Positions 19,201 to 27,532 of a stretch of DNA of 64,000 nt are shown one piece after another. How positions within the stretch are numbered: position 1 is the first letter of the stretch; each line of letters opens with the position of its first letter. Location: NCBI GenBank assembly GCA_038245295.1, contig JBBRSP010000004.1, positions 192,001-256,000 on the forward strand, read 5' to 3'. The DNA comes from Candidatus Binatia bacterium. Its GTDB lineage: Bacteria; Desulfobacterota; Binatia; HRBIN30. The translations under genes and the position numbers were made by a program. The notes below the pieces were generated by a model. That model saw nothing but the letters and a program-made list of their open reading frames with translations. It made no database searches and was not told the DNA's origin.

Positions 19201-19319
19201 TCGCTCTCGACGATCAGCCGCTCGGTGATTGTCCGACCGCCGACGCCGATCACGACGGAGCGGTGACGGTCGATGAGCTGATCCGCGGCGTCATGGCGGC
19301 GCTCGATGGGTGCCGCTGA
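16266..19319 (+). CDS. Secreted heparinase II/III-like polysaccharide lyase with PKD/Ig domain and C-terminal dockerin-like module
   Basis: Signal (ACLIAVPASA), RPRILL, NNH, DGAYAEGPFYW, SHEH, MDPGY, HHNLVLVDG. PKD PAADPG..LDGSASCD. CSDGLDNDTDG repeat and twin DxDxDGxVTxDEL motifs. Start could be GTG 16338. Confidence 0.75.
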   Translation: MPNEDQDGLRQIVRAPATRRWPSAVGRLDLVYVTALACLIAVPASASWLPVQIDSSRPRILLRADAVPAIQERLRRQPYQTVFADLAGRITQATDIRLDDHSIENERLKARAAKGLAFEYTVDRTQRDGTIGEFPTRADRQVAGDRVRDMLLHMFTRSRLVAEPPLGGWDRDINTSEELLQWATAYDTLKGAGYDFGAAEAPIIENLVALASELYDNYVHPETASTFPVLHQNNHRSKSGAALVAAAIALAEYEAPTGTDPDALRSPALWAQYGFEQIEFVDRYVLMAGDGAYAEGPFYWRYTAQNILPVLRAWDALVGQTAGAVIYANRWRDPRLARTLRWELDMTLPDGSLAPLDDGNPGRSYYFGIFPGGLEFAPALAWRWANAPTPYETEGSVDLAADALVAFDDTLAPAPPLDATAFYIEGGNAILRRDWSPDAVVAVVQAEHDTASEFGRDKQGRGVGPQSHEHAEPGAFLLHAFGERLAMDPGYLDFGNRTQVNRPEHHNLVLVDGRGPIDYLNATGPWRGRTGRPPIDGNAMLADTLDSGFLDAATVVSRYGRYPNASPMMRRRFLLSDDRYLAVYDEAVSAGGTTPTFTWLLHGNGGADSGGTFSRLADGGVWERARARLSWVATTDRGALAFDEQTAVHEDIGKAQRSHTVLRGSLQAPRVDALHLAYPTRSAVAAPMAEAVHTPTFSGVHVNDTAELRDVWFVHFAGAAPHSLAPHGVLTDGDLLLSDVVGDAPTQRLAWVEHATHLSLAGVEVAASGAPGHIGMRLTGDRVDVVAENAAATVEVRSLPFPVMGVDGVCSTATVGNLMHVTLGRDRRFTLRATTGNARPAADPGATRQAGVGTVIDLDGSASCDADEDALEAHWELVSAPAASAWQLEAPGTLRPRLTVDAAGPFRVRLRVTDSKGAQSMPMDLLIIGGNLCSDGLDNDTDGLFDSDDPDCDAGLSCAADCSEEGEVTIDELVRAVAIALDDQPLGDCPTADADHDGAVTVDELIRGVMAALDGCR

Positions 19320-19322
19320 GGC

Positions 19323-20846
19323 CTATCCGCGATCGAGGAAAAGGCGATACGCCGGGTTGTGGCTTTCGTCGTGATACGGGTAGCCGAGGCGCTTCAGGAA
19401 GGTATTGAACTTCCGTTTGTCGCCTCCCGGCACCTGCATGCCGACAAGCACCCGACCATAATCGGCGCCGTGATTGCGATAGTGGAACAGGCTGATGTTC
19501 CAGCCATGGTCCATGGCATCGAGGAACTTCATCAGGGCACCGGGGCGCTCCGGAAACTCGAAGCGATAAAGAATTTCGTCCGCCAAGGCCCCCGGGGGAT
19601 GGCCGCCGACCAGATGGCGAACGTGCAGCTTGGCGAGCTCATTGTCGGTGAAGTCGAGTGTCGCCAAGCCATGGCGACGCAGGGAGCGGACAAGCTCGGC
19701 GGTTTCGCCGCGGTTGTGGACCTGCGCGCCGACGAACACCTGGGCCGCTTGCGGACCGGAATAGCGATAATTGAACTCGGTAATGTTGCGAGCGCCGACC
19801 AGCGAGCAGAAAGCTTTGAAGCTGCCGGGGCGTTCGGGGATCGTGACAGCGAGGATGGCTTCGCGGGCCTCACCGAGCTCGGCCTCTTCGGAGACGAAGC
19901 GCAGGCGATCGAAGTTCATATTGGCGCCGCAGGCGACGGCCACGAGTGTCTTGCCGCTGACCTTGCCGCGCTCGACGTAGGCCTTGGCGCCGGCGATCGC
20001 CAGTGCGCCGGCCGGCTCCAAGATGGCGCGGGTATCTTCGAAAACGTCCTTGATCGCGGCGCACATCGCGTCGGTATCGACCAGGATCACCTCGTCGACC
20101 AGCTCGCGACAGAGCCGAAAGGTTTCGGCGCCGACGTATTTCACGGCGACACCGTCGGCGAACAAGCCCACTTGCTTCAGCTTGATGCGCCGACCTGCGG
20201 CAAGCGAGCGATGCATGGCATCCGAATCGACGGGCTGGACACCGATGATACGAACCTCCGGGCGCAAGCGTTTCACGTACGAGGCAATTCCCGAGATCAG
20301 GCCGCCGCCGCCGATGGCGACGAAGATGGCATCGATGGGTTCCGGGTGTTGGCGCAGGATCTCCATACCGATGGTACCCTGGCCGGCAATCACGTCGGGG
20401 TCGTCGTATGGATGGACGAACGTGAGCTGGCGGCGGCGTTCGATGCGGCGCGCTTCGGCGTAGGCTTCGTCATACGAGTCGCCGTGCAGGATGACCTTGG
20501 CTCCACGCCGCCGCACCGCATCCACCTTGATCAGCGGCGCGGTCACCGGCATGACAATTGTCGCCGAACAGCCCAGTTTCTCCGCTGCCAACGCCACACC
20601 TTGGGCGTGATTGCCGGCCGAGGCGGCGATCACTCCGCGTCGCAGCGTCTCTTTGGAAAGCTGCGCCATCTTGTTGTAGGCGCCGCGTAGCTTGAAGGAG
20701 AACACCGGCTGCATGTCCTCGCGCTTCAGAAGTAGATGATTGCGTAGTCGGCGGCTGAGATTCGGTGCCGGCTCGAGCGGCGACTCGATCGCGACGTCGT
20801 ACACCCGCGCTTTCAGGATGCGTTCGAGATAGTCGAGCTTCTTCAT
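19323..20846 (-). CDS. ilvA: Biosynthetic threonine ammonia-lyase
   Basis: KREDMQPVFSFKLRGAYN (PLP lysine), ASAGNHAQG, GGGGL, and two ACT-like repeats (PERPG; SLFHYRNHGAD). ATG 20846 overlaps the upstream stop. Confidence 0.97.
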   Translation of the reverse strand: MKKLDYLERILKARVYDVAIESPLEPAPNLSRRLRNHLLLKREDMQPVFSFKLRGAYNKMAQLSKETLRRGVIAASAGNHAQGVALAAEKLGCSATIVMPVTAPLIKVDAVRRRGAKVILHGDSYDEAYAEARRIERRRQLTFVHPYDDPDVIAGQGTIGMEILRQHPEPIDAIFVAIGGGGLISGIASYVKRLRPEVRIIGVQPVDSDAMHRSLAAGRRIKLKQVGLFADGVAVKYVGAETFRLCRELVDEVILVDTDAMCAAIKDVFEDTRAILEPAGALAIAGAKAYVERGKVSGKTLVAVACGANMNFDRLRFVSEEAELGEAREAILAVTIPERPGSFKAFCSLVGARNITEFNYRYSGPQAAQVFVGAQVHNRGETAELVRSLRRHGLATLDFTDNELAKLHVRHLVGGHPPGALADEILYRFEFPERPGALMKFLDAMDHGWNISLFHYRNHGADYGRVLVGMQVPGGDKRKFNTFLKRLGYPYHDESHNPAYRLFLDRG

Positions 20847-21364
20847 GCGCCGCTCGGGCGTCGCCACAGGGCGCCAAGATTACTTCCTCCGCTCAATGGC
20901 GGACGATCCGCCACCTTGGCGTAATCCCGTTCGGCGTCGGCCGGCAGCGTGCCGAAGACGCGATCCCAGAAACGTGTCGTGACGCCTTGGTACATCTTGG
21001 GATTACAGAAGTGATGTGCCAGATGATGCGCCCGGCGTTGGCGTTCACGGCGGTTGCGCGGGGCGCGGAAATGGATGCGCCAGTGCAGGTACTCGTAACG
21101 TAGGAACCCCAGCAGAAGTCCGGCGGTGAAGGCGCCGCTCGCCGCCATGCCGACCAGCAGACTCCCGGCAGCCCAGAACAACATCAAGATCGGCACCCAG
21201 GCGAGGGGCGACGTGAACACGTTGTGGGCATTCTTGTGATGGCCCCAGTGCAACGGCGAGACGAAGGTCTTGAACCGGTGCGACAAGATCCCGTGCACCA
21301 GATACTCGACGAAGCTCCAAGATAGTAGGCCAACCGCGAAGGGCAGAGTCCAAGCAACACTCAT
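20843..21364 (-). CDS. Fatty acid hydroxylase/sterol desaturase family membrane protein
   Basis: EYLVHGILSH, HWGHH, YEYLHWRIH, HHLAHHF His boxes and WDRVFGT. Confidence 0.88.
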   Translation of the reverse strand: MSVAWTLPFAVGLLSWSFVEYLVHGILSHRFKTFVSPLHWGHHKNAHNVFTSPLAWVPILMLFWAAGSLLVGMAASGAFTAGLLLGFLRYEYLHWRIHFRAPRNRRERQRRAHHLAHHFCNPKMYQGVTTRFWDRVFGTLPADAERDYAKVADRPPLSGGSNLGALWRRPSGA

Positions 21365-21759
21365 CGCCGCAGGTAATGACCGCAACCACTGCGCCAGGCA
21401 ACCCCGGGGCGGTGCTCGCCGTCCCAACGCTCTCAGCGAAAGATGACGCCGAGCAGCAGAAGGATCAGCACGCCGGCCGCCAGCAGAGCACTGTCATCGC
21501 GAACTGGTGGATGATCGGCACTCCGCTTGGAAACGACTCTTCCGGCGATCGGCCGTTGCGCCGTCTTCGTTCCACTGTTTTGGCGAGCTGACGGCTCTGC
21601 CGCTCTCGAACTCGACTCTCGTGTAGGTCCACGACCTACGCCCCCTATTTGACTCGTCGACATATGCACCCCCAACGCTCATATGCCACGAAGTGCGCGT
21701 TGACGCCACGGATGGAAAACCCGTAGTCGGAGCTGGAGACGTAACCGTAGAAGGAAACC

Positions 21760-22536
21760 TCACGTGTCGTCGCGCGGGCAACGTGAATGGGCGAAGGCCG
21801 GAGTGCTCTCCTCGGGTTGCGCCGCGAGGCCGCGCTGAAGACAGCCAAGCGCTGTCATCGGGTCATCAACGTACTCGAACAGGCTGAGGTCTTCCGGACT
21901 GATCATGCCGTGACGCACGAGAGCATCGAAATTGACCACTTCCTTCCAATACGCTGAACCATAAAGGAGGATCGGGATTCGCCCCTCGAGTTTACCCGTC
22001 TGCTGCAACGTCAGCAGCTCGGCCAGCTCGTCCAGCGTGCCGAAGCCGCCAGGGAAAACGATCAGCGCACGCGCCAGGTGCGCGAACCACAGTTTGCGCA
22101 TGAAGAAGTAGTGGAACTCGAAGCCGAGTTCGCGCGTGATGTACGGATTCGGGCGCTGCTCGTGCGGCAAGCCGATGTTGAGGCCGATCGTTCTCCCACC
22201 GGCCTCCGAAGCGCCGCGATTGGCCGCTTCCATGATGCCGCCCCCGCCACCGGTGCAGATAATGTAACGATGCGAGTGCGACGGCAGGCTCTTCGACCAC
22301 GCCGTCAGCAAGCGCGCCAACTCGCGCGCCTCCTGGTAGTAACGACCGAGCGGGCCGTCGGGCGTCAGGCGGGCCGAGCCGAAGAAAACAATGGTGTCGT
22401 GCACACCTTCACGGCGGAATGCCTGCAGTGGTTCCATATACTCTGCGAGAATCCGCAATGGTCGCGCGTCGTCGCTGTCGAGGAATCGTTCATTCTTGTA
22501 GGCCAGCGGACGGCTGGTTTTCACGGGTAACGTCAT
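21760..22536 (-). CDS. LOG family (TIGR00730) nucleotide phosphoribohydrolase
   Basis: FFGSAR, TGGGGGIMEAANRGA, FHYFFMRK, PGGFGTLDE. Confidence 0.93.
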   Translation of the reverse strand: MTLPVKTSRPLAYKNERFLDSDDARPLRILAEYMEPLQAFRREGVHDTIVFFGSARLTPDGPLGRYYQEARELARLLTAWSKSLPSHSHRYIICTGGGGGIMEAANRGASEAGGRTIGLNIGLPHEQRPNPYITRELGFEFHYFFMRKLWFAHLARALIVFPGGFGTLDELAELLTLQQTGKLEGRIPILLYGSAYWKEVVNFDALVRHGMISPEDLSLFEYVDDPMTALGCLQRGLAAQPEESTPAFAHSRCPRDDT

Positions 22537-24014
22537 CCTACCCTCACGTGTGCAAAGTCGATGAAGCCGCGCTCAACATCGGTGTGAATGAGCTCTACGC
22601 GTGTCTGGTCACCGACGTCGAGACCGGCCTGTCCGTGCACAACTCGCCCCTCGGCCGCCGGGTGGGTAATTCGCACCCACGTTCCCTTCGGCGAAGCGCC
22701 GGTGACGATCGCATTGAAGCGTTCACCGATCCGCCCCTCCAGCAACAAGGCGGCTGCCGATTTGCGTACCTGTCGCTCGACTTTGGCGGCCGCGTCTTCC
22801 TGGGTCGTGCAGTGAAGCGCCAGCTCGGCGAGTTGCTCGTCGAGATAGGGCACCCGCTGTCCTTGCAGCGCCGCCTTCAGCAAGCGCTGGGTGATCAGAT
22901 CGGGAAAGCGACGATTCGGCGCCGTCGAGTGGCTGTAGTCGCGGACCGCGAGGCCGAAGTGCCCGGTAGCTTCTTGTCCGGGAAGATCGAGCATGTACTC
23001 GCCACGGCCCAGCAGTTTCACCACGGATAGCGACAGATCGGCGAAACGCTCCGGATCGGCGGCACGGCGCCTCTGCAGAAAGGCTTCGAGGGCCAACGCA
23101 TCCGGCTTGAGCGGCAGCGTTTCCCCGACCTTGGTCGCCAGCTCGACGATACGATCCCAACGTTCCGGTGGGCGCAACAAGCGGCGCACCGACGGGAAGT
23201 GCTTCTGCTCGAGGAAGCGCGCGCTCACCGTGTTCGCGGCAACCATGAAGTCTTCGATCAGCTCCTTGGCACGGTTCTTCTCGTCGGCCCGCAGATCGCT
23301 GATCACATCTCCGTCGAACACAGCGCGCGCTTCAATGGTCTCCAGACTCAACGAGCCGCACTGATGTCGTCGTTGCTTCAGAGTCTGCGCCACCTGATCT
23401 TGCAAGCGCAGCTGTGCCTCGAGGCCGGCAACAGCCGATACCTTGGGCGGTGCCGGTGTGTTGCCATCGAGCCAGGCGGCAACGCTGTTGTAGGCCAGCT
23501 TGGCGTGATTCAGCACATGACCACGATACACATTCGAGTCATCGATCTCGCCGTTCGGCTTGACCGTCATCTCAATGATGATGGCTAGTCTTTCCTCGCC
23601 TTCAGACAGCGACGTCAAATCCGTCGATAGTTTCTCCGGCAACATCGGAAAGATTCCGGCCGCCGTGTACACCGATGTCGTGTTGGTGCGCGCATGATCA
23701 TCGATGGCCGAGCCGGCTTCGACCGTCGCATCGACATCGGCGACGGCGACGAGAATCTTGACGTTGCCGCCGGCCAAGGACTCGGCGACCGTCAATTGGT
23801 CGAGATCTCGCGAGTCATCATTGTCGATCGACGCCCAGAGCAATCGGCGCAAATCACGTATCGCTGGGTCGGCAGCGTCCGCGGCCCGCTCGATGCGATT
23901 GGTCTCGACAACGACGGCCGGTGAGAACTCCGGCAATAACCCGCGCTCCACCATGGCCAACCGCGCAATCGCCTTGAGTCGCTTCTTCGCCGAGGCACCG
24001 TCTTGTTGATTCAT
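22533..24014 (-). CDS. RNB-domain exoribonuclease (RNase II/R family) with C-terminal S1 domain
   Basis: SIDNDDSRDLDQ, VAVADV, TSVY, LIEDFMVAAN, HFGL, YSHSTAPNRRFPDL. Start set at MNQQ (24014). Confidence 0.9.
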   Translation of the reverse strand: MNQQDGASAKKRLKAIARLAMVERGLLPEFSPAVVVETNRIERAADAADPAIRDLRRLLWASIDNDDSRDLDQLTVAESLAGGNVKILVAVADVDATVEAGSAIDDHARTNTTSVYTAAGIFPMLPEKLSTDLTSLSEGEERLAIIIEMTVKPNGEIDDSNVYRGHVLNHAKLAYNSVAAWLDGNTPAPPKVSAVAGLEAQLRLQDQVAQTLKQRRHQCGSLSLETIEARAVFDGDVISDLRADEKNRAKELIEDFMVAANTVSARFLEQKHFPSVRRLLRPPERWDRIVELATKVGETLPLKPDALALEAFLQRRRAADPERFADLSLSVVKLLGRGEYMLDLPGQEATGHFGLAVRDYSHSTAPNRRFPDLITQRLLKAALQGQRVPYLDEQLAELALHCTTQEDAAAKVERQVRKSAAALLLEGRIGERFNAIVTGASPKGTWVRITHPAAEGRVVHGQAGLDVGDQTRVELIHTDVERGFIDFAHVRVG

Positions 24015-24232
24015 CGATCGGGTATACTCCGCACGCGGGCCAAGTGCATAGGCCAGAACATTCGCAGCATCGCGATACGGCCGGGGCGCAGATTCGCAGA
24101 TCTCCCCTCCTGCCAGCGGCGAAGGACGAAAACTGTGACGGCTGCCTGAGGCAGCCGTCGCCGCTTGTTCGGCGCGCGCGAAGCAAGTACGACAGCCGCC
24201 GCACCTTGATCGATTTGCGGAGGACAACACTC

Positions 24233-24667
24233 ATGAGCGACCGCGTGAATCTCACCGCCCGCGCCACACAGCACTTCGACACTACGCCGGAGCGCGTCTT
24301 CGATGCCTGGCTCGATCCGGTCGTCATCCGCCAGTGGTTCGCCCCCGGGCTCGGCGAAATGATCTCGATCGACGTCGATGCGCGTGTCGGCGGATCGTTC
24401 TCCTGGGTGCAGCGGCGGGATGGCGAGGACATCGATCACATCGGCGTATATTTCGAGTTGGACCGGCCGCGCCGTCTGGCGTTCACCTGGGGCGTTGCCC
24501 CGGAGCCAACGAGCAGTCGCGTGATTATCGAGATCGTCGAAGTGGCGAACGGCTGCGAGCTGACGTTGAGCCACGAGCTACATGCCGACTGGGTCGACTA
24601 TGTCGACCGTAGCGCCGCGGCCTGGGGCAAGATGCTCGGCGAGATGGCGCAGGTGCTCGCCGCTTAG
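24233..24667 (+). CDS. SRPBCC/AHSA1-family protein
   Basis: PERVFDAW.DP..IRQWF, DARVGG, G.YFELDRPRRLAFTW, W..ML. GGAGG RBS. Confidence 0.9.
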   Translation: MSDRVNLTARATQHFDTTPERVFDAWLDPVVIRQWFAPGLGEMISIDVDARVGGSFSWVQRRDGEDIDHIGVYFELDRPRRLAFTWGVAPEPTSSRVIIEIVEVANGCELTLSHELHADWVDYVDRSAAAWGKMLGEMAQVLAA

Positions 24668-24680
24668 GGCCGGCGCCGAT

Positions 24681-24703
24681 CGCAGGCTGAAGCCTGCGCC
24701 TAC
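24681..24703 (-). repeat. GTAG REP-like family A copy
   Basis: Reverse complement GTAGGCGCAGGCTTCAGCCTGCG; hairpin; near-identical copies at 33048, 33100 and 41875. Confidence 0.75.
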
Positions 24704-24801
24704 CACGCTGAGTACGCACCCGAAAGCAGACCGGCAGGCCAGACTTTAGGCTGCGGAGTTGCACGGAACCGACTTGACCTTCAAAGCCGGCAGCATCCGC
24801 C

Positions 24802-27519
24802 CTATGCAGGGGCAAGCCGCATCCGGCCATCAACGACGATCGCACCCTCGCCCGGCGCCAGCACCTTGATTGGGTTCAGATCCAACTCGCGCAGCTCAGG
24901 GATGATGTCGACGATCGCCGAGACACGCGTGATGATTTCGATCAGCGCCGCCCGATCTCCCGGTGGAGCACCGCGATAGCCGTCGAGCAACTTGCCACTA
25001 CGCAACCGGCCGAGCATCTCGGCAGCGTCGATGTCGGTTACCGGCGCCAGCCGAAACGCTACGTCGCGCAGCAACTCGACGAGGACGCCGCCGAGGCCGC
25101 AGACCAACAGCGGCCCAAACGTCGGATCGGTCGTCACACCAACAATCGCCTCGATTCCGCCCCGTACCTCGCGCTGCAACAAGACACCATCGAGAGACTT
25201 GCCGACCGCCCGCAAACGCTCCTGCAGCGTTCGCGCAGCCTGGTCAACAGCCTCAGCCGACTCTAGTCCCAGGATGACCGCTCCGATGTCACTCTTGTGA
25301 ACGACATCGGCGGCAATTGCCTTGGCAACCAGCGGATACCCCATCCGTTCGCCGACCGCCGCTGCGTCATCGATCGAGGTCTGCTCCGACTCAACCATCC
25401 GGATACCCGCCACGCCGAGGATCGTCGCCAGATCGCCGGAGCCCAGCCAACACGGTCCGTCGGTGCCGTGCATCACGCGGTCGACGATCGCGCGGATCGT
25501 GCTCCTGGCGAAGTTATCGAGCAACACTGGCACACCGGCCGGCCGGGCGCGCCAGCGTCCGTATTTCTCGGCGGCCGCCAACGCCATCGCCGCGTTCTCG
25601 GGAAAGCTGTGCGACGGAATGCGCCCGCGTGGTCCGGCGCTCAACAGCGGCGGCGCACCCCTCGCGGACAGAAACACAGTCGACACCGGCTTCGTTGCCG
25701 GCACCGCGGCCGCGCCGCGGGCGATCGCTTGCGCGATCTCGTCCGGAGTCGTCGCCAGGAGCGGAATATAGATCACCACCAGCGAGTCGATATTCGGATC
25801 GTTGCCGACCGCCGCCATGGCGCGCTCGAACTGCTCGGGCGTTGCCGACGCGATGATATCGACCGGATTTGAGAGGCCCGCTTGCGCCGGTAGAAACGAC
25901 CGCAAGGAAGCCACCGTCGCGGCATCGAGAGTCGGAAGAGCCAAACCATGCGCCTCACACGCGTCGGCGAGCAGGATTCCCGGGCCGCCGGCGTTGGTGA
26001 CCACACCAACACGCGGTCCCGCCGGCACCGGCTGCGTCGCCAGCAACGCCGCCGTATCGAACATCTCTTCGAGCGTGTTCGTACGAATGACACCGGCCTG
26101 CTCAAACAGCGCGTCGACAGCGATGTCGAGACTGGCCAACGCCGCCGAGTGGCTCGATGCGGCGCGTGTACCGGCGGCCGAGCGGCCCGACTTGACGGCG
26201 ATGATCGGTTTGCGACGCGCGATCTCCGGAGCGAGGCGCGCAAACTTGCGCGGATTTCCGAAGCTCTCAAGATACAGCAGGATCACTTCGGTGCGCGGAT
26301 CCTCCGACCAATACGCCAGTAGGTCGTTGGCAGATACGTCCGCCTTGTTGCCGACCGAAACGAAGTTCGAGATGCCGATATTGAGAGCCTGCACACGATC
26401 GAGGATCGCGATGCCGAGGGCGCCACTCTGCGACAACATCGCCACATTGCCGGCCGGCGGGAAGGTCGGAGCAAACGTCGCGTCCAGCAACACCGCTGGG
26501 TCGGTATTCAAGACGCCCATACAGTTCGGCCCGACCAATCGCATGCCGGAGCGCCGCACCAGCTCGCGCAGTCGCCGCTCGGCGGCGCGGCCCTCGGCCG
26601 AAGCTTCGCCAAATCCCGATGAGATCACGACGACGCCGCGTACGCCGGCGTGGATGCAATCGGCGACAGCATCCTCGACGGCCACGGCGGGCACGGCAAT
26701 CACGGCCAAGTCGACGGACGCGCCGATGGCACTGACCGTTCGATACGCATTGAGTCCGTCGATCTCGCCGGCATCGCGATTGATCGGATAGATTGGACCG
26801 GCGAATCCGGCCCGACGCAGATTGCTGAGGAGTGTGGAGCCGACAGTCCCGGGATGACGCGAGGCACCAACCAACGCAACCGCACGCGGCTCCAGGATCG
26901 GCCGCAAACTCTGCGCCGTAGCCAACAGGTCACGACCGGCACTGGCCTGGACGTACGCTTCGGTCTCGGTGGTAGGGAAAGATACGTGCACAACACCTGC
27001 CTCGATCGAGCGCTGCGTCACAAAACCGCTGTTGCGGAACACGTTGAGCATCTGGTTGTTCTCACCGAGCACATCGGCCTCGAACTCGCCGATTCCGTGG
27101 GCCCGCGCGATTTGGCTTAGGTGCTCGAGCAGCACCGTGCCGATACCTCGCCCCTGGTGCTCGTCGAGTACCGCAAATGCCACCTCGGCGCGTGCGTCGG
27201 TTGCGTTGGTGCGGAAATAGCGTCCGACGCCGATGATCCGTTCAACGCCATCCGTGTTGAGCGTCGCGACGAGGGCTACCTGATTGTCGAAATCGATCTC
27301 GGTGAAGTTCTTCAACTCATCCTCCCGCAAACGTTTGCGAGGCGTGAAGAAGCGCATGTAGACGGAGCGCTTGCTCAGATGATCAAAGTGTTCACGCAAA
27401 CGTTCCTTATCGTCCGGTCGGATGGCGCGGACATAGATCGAGCCGCCATCGTGGAGGATTTCCTCGACACTGTAGGTGCGCGGATTCGCCGCGCCGACAT
27501 CGCCAGGTAGGTCGGTCAT
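24802..27519 (-). CDS. N-terminal GNAT fused to ADP-forming acyl-CoA synthetase/ATP-grasp domains (Pat-like protein acetyltransferase)
   Basis: GNAT (AEVAFAV.DEHQGRGIGT, ENNQML). CoA-binding (VGAS, GPNCMG, SQSGALG, SVGNKADV). TNAGGPG, NPVDI, and ATP-grasp (HKSDIG, DPTFGP, ELDLNP). Confidence 0.9.
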   Translation of the reverse strand: MTDLPGDVGAANPRTYSVEEILHDGGSIYVRAIRPDDKERLREHFDHLSKRSVYMRFFTPRKRLREDELKNFTEIDFDNQVALVATLNTDGVERIIGVGRYFRTNATDARAEVAFAVLDEHQGRGIGTVLLEHLSQIARAHGIGEFEADVLGENNQMLNVFRNSGFVTQRSIEAGVVHVSFPTTETEAYVQASAGRDLLATAQSLRPILEPRAVALVGASRHPGTVGSTLLSNLRRAGFAGPIYPINRDAGEIDGLNAYRTVSAIGASVDLAVIAVPAVAVEDAVADCIHAGVRGVVVISSGFGEASAEGRAAERRLRELVRRSGMRLVGPNCMGVLNTDPAVLLDATFAPTFPPAGNVAMLSQSGALGIAILDRVQALNIGISNFVSVGNKADVSANDLLAYWSEDPRTEVILLYLESFGNPRKFARLAPEIARRKPIIAVKSGRSAAGTRAASSHSAALASLDIAVDALFEQAGVIRTNTLEEMFDTAALLATQPVPAGPRVGVVTNAGGPGILLADACEAHGLALPTLDAATVASLRSFLPAQAGLSNPVDIIASATPEQFERAMAAVGNDPNIDSLVVIYIPLLATTPDEIAQAIARGAAAVPATKPVSTVFLSARGAPPLLSAGPRGRIPSHSFPENAAMALAAAEKYGRWRARPAGVPVLLDNFARSTIRAIVDRVMHGTDGPCWLGSGDLATILGVAGIRMVESEQTSIDDAAAVGERMGYPLVAKAIAADVVHKSDIGAVILGLESAEAVDQAARTLQERLRAVGKSLDGVLLQREVRGGIEAIVGVTTDPTFGPLLVCGLGGVLVELLRDVAFRLAPVTDIDAAEMLGRLRSGKLLDGYRGAPPGDRAALIEIITRVSAIVDIIPELRELDLNPIKVLAPGEGAIVVDGRMRLAPA

Positions 27520-27532
27520 CGGTTCGGCATCC

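Noticed and set aside
21433..21675. 80-aa ORF with hydrophobic C-terminus
   Set aside because: No recognisable family and a weak start; only the last ~20 codons look protein-like, so it is not called.
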